Of a stretch of 64,000 bases of DNA, positions 35,517 through 46,942 are shown piece after piece. Position 1 is the first letter of the stretch; each line of letters opens with the position of its first letter. The position numbers and the translations under genes were made by a program. Source of the stretch: Bugula neritina. Lineage: Eukaryota; Animalia; Bryozoa. Below the pieces are notes generated by a model. That model saw only the letters and a list, made by a program, of their open reading frames with translations. It was not told where the DNA came from and did no database searches. The stretch covers positions 186,001 through 250,000 of the forward strand of contig OZ037771.1 in NCBI GenBank assembly GCA_964035545.1, given 5' to 3'.

Positions 35517-38500
35517 CAGTGTAATTATTGAAATATAACAGAGTAATATATATATACATATATAATACAGTATAATTATTAGAATGTAACAGAGTAATAT
35601 ATATACATATATAATACAGTATAGTTATTAGAATATAACAGAGTAATATATATACATATATAATACAGTATAGTTATTAGAATGTAACAGAGTAATATAT
35701 AATAGTTTGTCATTGAATCATCAATGTTTGTGGTTTGTTTCAGAATAAAGTTGAGTCGTTTGTTCTAAGAGTCGTCTTTTCTCAGCAAGGAAAGTCTTCA
35801 GTAATTCAGGTATGTCACAGTGTACCTCCACATTCTCACACCTACCACTCTATACTATATGTACCTCCACACTCTCACACCTACCACTCTATACTATATG
35901 TACCTCCACACTCTCACACCTACCACTCTATACTATATGTACCTCCACACTCTCACACCTACCACTCTATACTATATGTACCTCCACACTCTCACACCTG
36001 CCACTCTATACTATATGTACCTCCACACTCTCACACCTACCACTCTATACTATATGTACCTCCACACTCTCACACCTACCACTCTATACTATATGTACCT
36101 CCACACTCACACCTACCACTCTATACTATATGTACCTCCACATTCTCACACCTACCACTCTATACTATATGTACCTCCACACTCTCACACCTACCACTCT
36201 ATACTATATGTACCTCCACATTCTCACACCTACCACTCTATACTATATGTACCTCCACACTCTCACACCTGCCACTCTATACTATATGTACCTCCACACT
36301 CTCACACCTACCACTCTATACTATATGTACCTCCGCACTCTCACACCTACCACTCTATACTATATGTACCTCCACACTCTCACACCTACCACTCTGTACT
36401 ATCTGTACCTCCACACTCTCACACCTACCACTCTATACTATATGTACCTCCACACTCTCACCTACCACTCTGTACTATCTGTAGATATGTGCCTCCACAC
36501 TGTCATACCTACCATTCTGTGGAGGTCAAGGAAGTTCGGGTACAAAACACTCCGAGATGTGGTCCAATCAAATGCAAAGAATTCTGCAGGCAATAGAAAG
36601 CTTGATGGCGTATCTCTATTCACCGTGTGGTGTGGCTTGTAAAGGTACAGTATTGTGTGGTATTGTGTGTGTGTCTTGTGTGTGCACACTGTAGTGTCAC
36701 ATGTGCTGGTACAGTAAGCACACTGTATTGCGTGTTACAGTGAATGAGACTGAAGTTGTCTCAGGACAAGCCCTGCCACTGGTGGATACTGACAACTCTA
36801 TTCACAGTTTAAAGCAGGCTGCGTTCTACCTGCATGTCTATCTAACCTCTGCTCAGACTATGCTCAGTACTCCCTGCACTGCCAGTGTGTCTCTTCCTCT
36901 CAAACGTCTTCTGTCTGCTATATGTCGGGTGGCTGAGGTGACCCCCGACTCCGTGGTAAGTCATCAGACTATGGTGTGTATGTAGGTGTTTATATACTGT
37001 AGTGTGTATGTAGGTGTTTATATACTGTAGTGTGTATGTAGGTGTTTATATACTGTAGTGTGTATGTAGATGTTTATATACTGTAGTGTGTATGTAGATG
37101 TGTATATACTGTAGTGTGTATGTAGATGTTTATATACTGTAATGTGTATGTAGGTGTTTATATACTGTAGTGTGTATGTAGGTGTTTATATACTGTAATG
37201 TGTATGTAGGTGTTTATATACTGTAGTGTGTATGTAGATGTTTATATACTGTAATGTGTATGTAGGTGTTTATATACTGTAGTGTGTATGTAGGTGTTTA
37301 TATACTGTAATGTGTATGTAGATGTTTATATACTGTAGTGTGTATGTAGGTGTTTATATACTGTAGTGTGTATGTAGGTGTTTATATACTGTAGTGTGTA
37401 TGTAGGTGTTTATATACTGTAGTGTGTATGTAGATGTGTATATACTGTAGTGTGTATGTAGATGTTTATATACTGTAATGTGTATGTAGGTGTTTATATA
37501 CTGTAGTGTGTATGTAGGTGTTTATATACTGTAGTGTGTATGTAGATGTTTATATACTGTAGTGTGTATGTAGGTGTTTATATACTGTAGTGTGTATGTA
37601 GATGTGTATATACTGTAGTGTGTATGTAGATGTTTATATACTGTAATGTGTATGTAGGTGTTTATATACTGTAGTGTGTATGTAGGTGTTTATATACTGT
37701 AATGTGTATGTAGGTGTTTATATACTGTAGTGTGTATGTAGATGTTTATATACTGTAATGTGTATGTAGGTGTTTATATACTGTAGTGTGTATGTAGGTG
37801 TTTATATACTGTAATGTGTATGTAGGTGTTTATATACTGTAGTGTGTATGTAGATGTTTATATACTGTAATGTGTATGTAGGTGTTTATATACTGTAGTG
37901 TGTATGTAGGTGTTTATATACTGTAGTGTGTATGTAGGTGTTTATATACTGTAGTGTGTATGTAGGTGTTTATATACTGTAGTGTGTATGTAGGTGTTTA
38001 TATACTGTAGTGTGTATGTAGGTGTTTATATACTGTAGTGTGTATGTAGGTGTTTAGAAGACAGACTGGTGAATTGGAAGTTGTACAACAATCTCTTCCT
38101 TCTCTACATAACGCCGCCATGTCCCTCCTCTCCACCGTCTCTGCTCTGTGAGTTCTACCTACCATGTATATTCATATTACAAATACTTATGTACCATGTC
38201 ACCTTCTACCTGCCATGTCACCTTCTACCTGCCATGTCACCTTCTACCTGCCATGTCACCTTCTACCTGCCATGTCACCTTCTACCTGCCATGTAACTAG
38301 TCTCGTTCCTCAATTCTCAGTTGCCGCTCTGGTATCTACCCGTACTCGACTTCCATATGTGATCTACTGACTGCCGAACTCGAGTGGACTAAGACTGCGC
38401 TCACCGACTCCTCCCTAACCAAGTATGTGGAGTGCAGGATCCGAGTCTATGCTGTTATCACTGACCTAATGAGACAGCCCGGTCTGCACAGTCTATTCTC

Positions 38501-41500
38501 CAACATAGCAGACACTCTGGTGGCACATGCGCTCCGAGACATTCACTCTGCTGGCAGCTCCTCTCAGGTAAAGTATACTACTGTCTCAGGTAAAGTATAC
38601 TACTGTCTCAGGTAAAGTATACTTACTGTCTCAGGTAAAGTATACTACTGTCTCAGGTAAAGTATGCTACTGTCTCAGGTTAAGTATACTACTGTCTCAG
38701 GTAAAGTATGCTACTGTCTCAGGTAAAGTATGCTACTGTCTCAGGTAAAGTATACTACTGTCTCAGGTAAAGTATACTACCGTCTCAGGTAAAGTATGCT
38801 ACTGTCTCAGGTAAAATATACTACTGTCTCAGGTAAAGTATACTACTGTCTCAGGTAAAGTATACTACTGTCTCAGGTAAAATATACTACTGTCTCAGGT
38901 AAAGTATGCTACTGTCTCAGGTAAAGTATGCTATGGCATTAGGTTCTTTCATTAGATCGGCTGTTTTTCTAAATATATTTTCTGAGCTTAATATCATTTG
39001 TTGATTGAAAAACTGGCCAAAACTTGAGATCTGTGTATGTGGTTATTTGATTTACTTTGAGAATGTTTTTCTTTTCATCAACTAAAGGCATATTTATCTT
39101 TGCATACAGAAAACAGTTGGTGCAGTAGAAGCGAAGAATTCTCATTCTACCCATAAGGTCACACCGACTACGAGTAGCGCTACTTTGTTATCTCCTATGA
39201 AAAGAGAGCTGGTTGCCCACGCCTTCCAAACAGTGGAGAGTCTCCTGAAGTACCTGGCCTCAGCCTTGTCTACCAGAGCGCTGCAGGTAGACTAACACTA
39301 CACACAGTAGTATCAACACTACACACAGTAGTATCAACACTACACACAGTAGTATCAACACTATACACATTAGTATCAACACTATACACAGTAGTATCAA
39401 CACTATACACAGTAGTATCAACGCTACACACAGTAGTATCAACACTACACACAGTAATATCAACACTATACACAGTAGTATCAACACTATACACAGTAGT
39501 ATCAACACTATACACAGTAGTATCAACACTACACACAGTAGTATCAACACTATACACACAGTAGTATCAACACTATACACAGTAGTATCAACACTATACA
39601 CAGTAGTATCAACGCTACACACAGTAGTATCAACACTACACACAGTAATATCAACACTATACACAGTAGTATCAACACTATACACAGTAGTATCAACACT
39701 ATACACAGTAGTATCAACACTACACACAGTAGTATCAACACTATACACACAGTAGTATCAACACTATACACAGTAGTATCAACACTATACACAGTAGTAT
39801 CAACACTACACACAGTAGTATCAACACTACACACAGTAGTATCAACACTACACACAGTAGTATCAACACTATACACAGTAGTATCAACACTATACACAGT
39901 AGTATCAACACTATACATGTTGTAGCTGACATATGATGAGCTGGTAGAAGTCACTTCCACAGTACAGAACACACTCTCTCCAACCTGCTATTCCGTAGAC
40001 TCAGCTCTGCGTTTGTCTCTCTACAAAGCCTTGGTGTCTTCTGTGTTCTCGTATAACAGACAGATGGGACCCCTCACCCACATCGCTACACACCTCGTAG
40101 CTAAGGCTATGGCTGATGCTCACCCCCAGGTATTCTGAAGTAGATATTTCCTTTGACACGGCTAATGTATTTATTTACTAAGTTCTACTATCAACACGTC
40201 TATATCTACTCACTAAGCTCTAGTATCAACACGTCTATATATATATATATATACTCACTAAGCTTTACTATCAACACGTCTATATATACTCACTAAGTTC
40301 TAGTATCAACACGTCTATATCTACTCACTGAGCTCTACTATCAACACGTCTATATCAATATATAATTATGGTTTCAGGTGCGAGCCCTGTGTGCTGACAG
40401 TCTTCTGGTTTGTCAGCTGGCAGCACAACCTCGAGCTCCCCCCATAGTGCAGCACCTCAGTGCCTTCCCAGAGAGCAAAGCCCTTCCTGCTGACAGTTCT
40501 CAGCTGCTCACCCAACCCGACTCTTCCACACACCAGAGTTCTAGTGCCGTGTCGGAGTTACAGGCGTCTGATGACACGTCACACTACACTGTCACCCAGC
40601 CAGTAGTACCAACTCTCTCTCCCCAGCCAGTAGTACCAGCTCTCTCTCCCCAGCCAGTAGTACCAGCTCTCTCTCCCCAGCCAGTAGTACCAGCTCTCTC
40701 TCCCCAGCCAGTAGTACCAGCTCTCTCTCCACCATCTCTTTCAAGGTAGTGTTCTATTATTTCCATTACCGAGTTTCTGTTGTAAACCTTCCTGTCCCTT
40801 CCCTTCGTATTATTGATAGTAATAAAGTAATATACATGTTGTACTGCTAACAGGGTAGAATCTCCTGCCGTTTTTCTGCCAGAAGGTGAAGGTCACACAG
40901 AGTCATCTGCCAGGGGTGTAGCTGCAGATTCCTCTCTCAGGAGTGTAGCCAGAAAGGGCACCCCTCCTTCTCAAACTGATGAGATGGAAACTGCTTCAGT
41001 CAATGGTTTGTTTACATCTGGTAGAGTTGAATTACCAACATGCTAGTGTGGGAATTGTCTACTTTGTATTCTACTATAATTGTACTGAAGTTGTATGTCT
41101 ATACTGTCCTATTATCTCATGTTGAGTTATATGTTGGTCAGTAGATATGAATGTATTAATAAGTAGGGCAATAGGTTTGTATAAGAGAGACTCTCAGTAG
41201 TTACATTGTCTTACAGACTCTTCTAATGTGTATATACTTCCCCTGATTATAATATAATAACATTGCATCAGGAGACCAGCTCATCTTACTTATCAAATTG
41301 ACTCATTTAAATAGAATTCTTTTCCTTCTAGCTTATCTCTACTACACTTTGGTTAGTAAATACTTTCTTATGCAAGAAAGATTATTTTCATTCTTATGCT
41401 TTCCATGTGTTATTTATTCCAATGTGCAGCAAATGAGGAGACAACTTCTTGCCTATCCTTGCTAACAGCATTTATAACAGGGAATGCCATGTGTGTTTTA

Positions 41501-41648
41501 TCCAGAGGATGACGTTCAGCTCAGCAGACAGTCATATCCAGTGGACCAAGAGACTCGGGAGACTGAGGCTACAGAGGAGGACCCCGCACTCGTGGATATG
41601 TTGAACTCGTTTGTTCCTGGCAGTCCTGACTCTACTGGAGGGAAGTGA
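34660..41648 (+). CDS. PELP1: PELP1/Rix1 homologue (rixosome / pre-60S processing factor), 5' start unresolved
   Basis: Exons 34660-34751, 34866-35133, 35271-35351, 35744-35809, 36485-36644, 36741-36955, 38050-38147, 38321-38567, 39110-39286, 39926-40129, 40378-40745, 40854-41005, 41506-41648. Recognisable motifs: MKMCIKYFGGSCLPFKNKVESF, LPFCGGQGSSGTKHSEMW, LPSLHNAAMSLLS, YVECRIRVYAVI, CADSLLVCQLAAQPRAPP, C-terminal DMLNSFVPGSPD. Candidate ATG mini-exon at 32383-32388. Confidence 0.85.
35415..35700. repeat. ~50-bp AT-rich minisatellite with embedded (TA)n
   Basis: Imperfect tandem repetition. Confidence 0.88.
35820..36520 (+). repeat. 39-bp intronic minisatellite homologous to the start of the following exon
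   Basis: Unit ATGTACCTCCACACTCTCACACCTACCACTCTATACTAT vs exon ATGTGCCTCCACACTGTCATACCTACCATTCTGT; ~17 copies. Confidence 0.93.
36975..38056 (+). repeat. 28-bp minisatellite spanning the acceptor junction (TGTGTATGTAG|GTGTTTA)
   Basis: About 38 copies; last copy is the predicted acceptor at 38049/38050. Confidence 0.96.
38193..38295 (+). repeat. 19-bp tandem repeat CCATGTCACCTTCTACCTG
   Basis: About 5 copies; resembles GCCATGTCCCTCCTCTCC in the upstream exon. Confidence 0.9.
38562..38935 (+). repeat. 22-bp minisatellite GTAAAGTATACTACTGTCTCAG (each unit begins GT and ends CAG)
   Basis: About 16-17 copies starting at the real donor TCTCAG|GTAAAG 38567/38568. Confidence 0.96.
39293..39918. 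repeat. 21-bp minisatellite AACACTA(C/T)ACACAGTAGTATC
   Basis: Direct tandem repetition. Confidence 0.97.
40175..40355. repeat. ~36-bp degenerate intronic tandem repeat
   Basis: CTA(C/G)TATCAACACGTCTATAT repeated ~5 times. Confidence 0.85.
40595..40735 (+). repeat. Coding 27-bp repeat (QPVVPALSP x5) in PELP1
   Basis: In frame in exon 40378-40745. Confidence 0.88.
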
Positions 41649-41831
41649 ATCTTCTTTTAGTCTGAGACTCACAGCACTCTCTGCACCGTCTTTCCCTTCT
41701 CTCCCATAATGCACTGCACCAGCGTGACAGCACCAGTGTGACAGCATCAGTGTGACAGCATCAGTGTGACAGCACCATAGCTGACGTCTGAATGACATTA
41801 ACTTTTCCCCAAGTTTATCTCTGATACCATC

Positions 41832-42135
41832 TGTATAGTCAGTAGAGTATATGTATAGTCAGTAGAGTATATGTATAGTCGGTAGAGTATATGTATAGTC
41901 AGTAGAGTATATGTATAGTCAGTAGAGTATATGTATAGTCAGTAGAGTATATGTATAGTCAGTAGAGTATATGTATAGTCTGTAGAGTATATGTATAGTC
42001 AGTAGAGTATATGTATAGTCTGTAGAGTATATGTATAGTCGGTAGAGTATATGTATAGTCAGTAGAGTATATGTATAGTCGGTAGAGTATATGTATAGTC
42101 AGTAGAGTATATGTATAGTCAGTAGAGTATAGTCA
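41832..42135. repeat. 20-bp minisatellite TGTATAGTCAGTAGAGTATA downstream of the PELP1 stop
   Basis: About 15 copies. Confidence 0.97.
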
Positions 42136-42959
42136 GTTACACTAGCATGTAGAGTATCTAGTCTTTTACAATCCATCCATGCTGCTAGTTCATGTAAACT
42201 CTTCAAGTTTGGTATGCTAAACATTTACCTCGTATATGTAACAATATAACTTAACCTGATCACCCTATTCAGTAGATTTGCTGCAGATAAAACGAGCTTT
42301 CATATTATAATAGCATTTCATTTATCATTCACTCTTGCAGAAGTTTTATACAAAATGAATTTGTTTTATGCTCTTGATTCTTTTGAAATTTTTTTGACTT
42401 GTAAATTGTTATCCTCATTCTGGTATTCCAAGAGATGAAACATGGGTTAATTATAAAATGAAGGTATGCAGGGAAGCAATGTATCTTCTCCACAAATGAC
42501 ATTTACACCTCCTTCTATCTGCTGTTATGTGTGATGCTTGTTTTTATGTTTTCACTGTACAGCATATGATATTGCTGTTTATATCTTTTCAGATAAAAAT
42601 TTATGTGCTTCATTGATCTTTTATTATATAAATAATTCCACAGCAGCTGTTTTATGGATTAAAGGTGGGCGCAGGCAATCATGTCACTCTTCACATATCT
42701 TTCAAATGTTTCATGCTGTGATGAGCCAGCAGTTCTGTAATCTTCCTTTAGTAACCATTAGTAACCATTAGTAAAGATGGCTACCCTTTTCATAGTTGAA
42801 ACAAGTGCTGTGAGGGTGCAAACCCACTGCTAGTTTGCTATTCGTTCATCCTCCTAAAGAAATATAACTGTAAGTACAATGTTGCATGGAAATATAGGGA
42901 AACCTCAAACCATCATCAACTTGCCCTATCTACTAGCGAGAGATCTTTACTGCTGCCCT

Positions 42960-43062
42960 ACTAGTACCACCTATCCACCACTAGTACCCCCTATCCACCA
43001 CTAGTACCCCCTATCCACCACTAGCATCCCCTCTCCACCACTAGCAACCCCTCTCCGCCACT
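42960..43062. repeat. 20-bp tandem repeat CTAGTACCCCCTATCCACCA x5
   Basis: Direct repetition. Confidence 0.9.
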
Positions 43063-44537
43063 TATACCTGATTTAGTATCATCTCTGTGAAAGCTAATAG
43101 TATTGTCACGAATTACTTCAATCATCACTTCGGTCTTGGTACCTATAAATCTTAGTGCATTGCAATTGTAACAAACATGTTTAGTGAACTGTATCAATAG
43201 CGTGCATTATTCCAAGACTAAAATTTGAGACTGCCTTTTCAAGTAATCTGATTGTTTATTATTAAATAATATTCTTGTTTGTTAAAAACACTTGTGCAGG
43301 TCAACAAGCTAATAGTTAACACTGAATGACTCCATCCCTGATGATAAACATTCTTGATGTACATGAAAAGTGTTTTCAACACTTTTAAAAAGCCAGTAAA
43401 CAATATTTTGAGGAACTGATTGCGTCATTGAAATAAATAATATCAGGTATTGCCTGGGATAAAACATTGTAAGAAAGTTATCATAGACTAGGCTAAGCTT
43501 TTCTAATGAAAATTGGAGTTATATATAAATTATAAAGTGAACTTGGCAGGCTGTATAGCCTGCATGCAGGGGCAGCCCAACATGCAATGGACATGGGAGT
43601 GGAGTGACCCCTGATGTATTGGTCACTCCACAGTTTGCAGGGTCAGAATTTGGCAATGTGTTATATTCTTGGTTTCTCATTTCTTTCGAAAACTATTTCA
43701 AAATTAAATCTTTCAGATTTTCAGTTTCTTGCTATAGAAAAGTAAACTCCGCCTGCCTTTGCAGATGCTTAGGAAAATTCCCATAAACAATAGTGTAGTA
43801 TTTATCACTTCAAGAATGGCATGCATTTCCTGGTGATGTGTCAAAATGATTTAGAGTCCTTATAAAGGGAACATTTTATATTCCCAGGGAATAATAATAA
43901 CCCAAATAATGAATGAGTTTTACATCATTTTCATCATCAATTTAGCCAAAAGTACCAGGAAATACCATGTTTAATAGTTCTCTGATGAATTTGTCTCTTA
44001 CAAAAACCTGCGTTGTTAGAATGCATGTGCAAGTTTGCCAGCTTTTTCCAGCTTTTAAAGTTGTCTGCTGCAACAATCACTCTCAAGCTAAGCAAAAACC
44101 TACACTTCTGCACCTCAGGGTGACAGTGAGCAGTGAAATATCATAATAACTGCAGTTCAGAGACGATGTTCTAAAATAATGTTTTAATCTAATGGGAAGC
44201 AGAAATGACCCCCACACCTCTAAATAATTGTTACTAAAAACTTGGCTAATGAGAATATTGTAGTCAAGTTACAGAACTGGAATCTGGATGGAGCCATTTG
44301 ATAGGATACTCTTCAAGGCTACTCTTCATGCAGCACTCAGAAGGTGGGACTTCTGCAATCTAGTTATTTCTTGACCACAGCACTTCAACAATATCCAGTG
44401 GCTTGGAAAAAGTCATTTCTTTCATAAAGCAATTTGAATTCTACTTGCTGTAACTCGCAAAGTTTTAGCTGCACGGAAATCAGCCATTCTCGCATCTGTT
44501 TGTTCTCTATCCTCCTTGCAATAATACTGCAACCATA

Positions 44538-44762
44538 GTACTACCTACTCAGTATCTACTCTCTCACTGCTACCCACTCAGTATATACTCACTCAGTACT
44601 ACTCTCTCAGTACTACCCACTCAGTATCTACTCTCGCAGTATATACTCACTCAGTACTACTCACTCAGTATATAGCTACTCCCTCAGTACTACTCTCTCA
44701 CTACTACCCACTCAGTATATACTCTCTCACTGCTACTCACTCACTACTACCCACTCAGTACT
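44538..44762. repeat. Degenerate CTACTC/CAGTA array
   Basis: Imperfect repetition. Confidence 0.8.
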
Positions 44763-46754
44763 TGGTTATGTGACAGCAACTCAACGTATTGATGCCACTG
44801 TTGTGCAGTTCTATATTAGAAAACATGTGAAAATACCTCACCAGGCCATTGTTGTTGTTATGGAGTATCATATCTCTACATCATCTATAGAAAACACTCT
44901 TATGATTCACCCAGGGCGCTTGTCCTATGATAAGTATGTATTTCTCAATCTCTGATGTAACAACCAATACTGTACAAACGTCATGACACATGAAAATCTT
45001 CCTCAACACTCCCAGTGATGAAATATAATTAATCCTTACAGTAATAAATCGGCCTAAAATCATTTCCCCTACTCTGGGGTTATTTATAATTGTATTATTT
45101 TAAGTTGAAATATGCAGACAAGACTGGCTCACTGCTACCACTCCTGTAATAACAACATATACTTAGAGTAAGAGTGACTCTTTAAACTTTAGGTTTACAA
45201 CTCTCTAAGTATTTCACAGCTATTTGTAAAATCAAACTAGTCGAAGAAATGTGTGATTTATGTAGCAATACCCAGAGCACCGGTCAAGTTATCTTATATG
45301 GCAGTTTATGTAACATCATGTACCCCTCCGTACTTGTATAATAATATATATTATAGTTTTATGTTTTATAATGTGTATAATGTTTGTAATACATTAATAA
45401 TGCAGCAGCAAACAGCTTTTCTTCTTTTAGGTAGCCGGTATCCCAAATATTTGCTTTACATTGTGCTTTCAGGCTATGGGTGCTGAGCTACTGGAGTAAA
45501 TAGCTCCACACAGTCACTGCTAAAGGTGAGGCACCCAGTTATCAGTATGACAGACGCACATCAGCCCTGTTTCTACTCCTATCCGGTGATGTGATATAAA
45601 CTCTGTTACCAGAATATTATACAATACTCTAATTTATGGCTGCAGAGTGCAGACACTGGCTCATTGTTATACTTGTTATATATAAGTACCGTTTATTGCA
45701 GAGTAAAGCAGTCTAGAAAATACTCTACTGCTCCTTCTGGTTTTCACATCTCTGAATGTCTGTTTTATTATTTCTATTCTATTATTACAATTGCTAGATG
45801 GACTCTGGTAGAGCTGGAGTCAGAGTAGATGCAGTCACCTGAGTTCTCATGCAAGGCCAACTTACCTTCACATTCTCTAAAGATAAATATTCCAATGTAG
45901 AAAATATGACAGAAGAATGTTTGGAGCTGCCAGGACAGAGAATTAGTGTACGTATCAAATACTTGCCAACTGCAGAGTATAGTCAATACAGATCCATCAA
46001 CATGACAGCTGCACACAACTGTATATTATCATGTCACCTTGAGTTCAAACTATTGTCTAAATCATCTAAACTTTCATCAACTCTGTGCAGTTGAAGTCTC
46101 ATGTCATGGGGAGATAATCTAATCAGTTGAACCATGACATCCAGCGAATGGCATGCCATCAACATTGCCATTCACTGGTTGTTGAAATTTTCTTTGGAAA
46201 TAGAAAATACTTCAAAAGTCTGACTACAGCTTAACAGCTTTACTTGTTGAAATGTATTAAAGTTTATTGTTGACTTCAGTCTGGACTGATTAGCAGAGTA
46301 TTTATTAATAGTGGAAATTCTCCAAATTAAAGTTTAAATTGCTCACTGGACACCAGTCAGTTATGATTACTAGTTATTATGTGTTGGTATTTGAGTATTC
46401 TACTGCATAATAACCTAAATCTAAAATCCCTTTATATTACCTTGATTACGTAACATTCAGTGCTATTGGGCATTGGCACGCAGGTAGGATGGTAGCCTTA
46501 GATTTGAGTAGAGGCAATGTGAAGGGTTGCAGTGTAACCACCCGACAGTAATGATATCATCACTTAGCTCCTCCTACTTTAGCTCTAGTTTTATATAACT
46601 GGTTGTGTTGTTGGCAGGCTGGACATTTGAGATGCGGATGGCTGTTTAATGCATCCTCCTGAAACACTGTTCTAATAGAAGTAATGGAGAAATCTACAGA
46701 AGTTCTTGCCCAGAGCAATGGCTCTTTGGTAAGTATTGGTTTACACATTCATAA

Positions 46755-46942
46755 TATTAATATGTATCATAGTGTCAATGTATTATATAATATGTATGGT
46801 AGTATCAATGTATTATATAATGTGTATGGTAGTGTCGGTGTATTATATAATATGTATGATGGTATCAGTGTATTATATAATATATATCATAGTATCAGTG
46901 TATTATATAATATATATCATAGTATCAATGTATTATATAATT
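46755..46942. repeat. 30-bp tandem repeat x6
   Basis: AGTATCA(A/G)TGTATTATATAATATGTAT(GG/CA)T. Confidence 0.9.

Noticed and set aside
35735-36642. Three overlapping long ORFs
   Set aside because: Result of a stop-free 39-bp repeat; PELP1 homology skips the array.
39260-39972. Minus-strand YSVDTTV / CIVLILL ORFs
   Set aside because: Translations of a 21-bp minisatellite.
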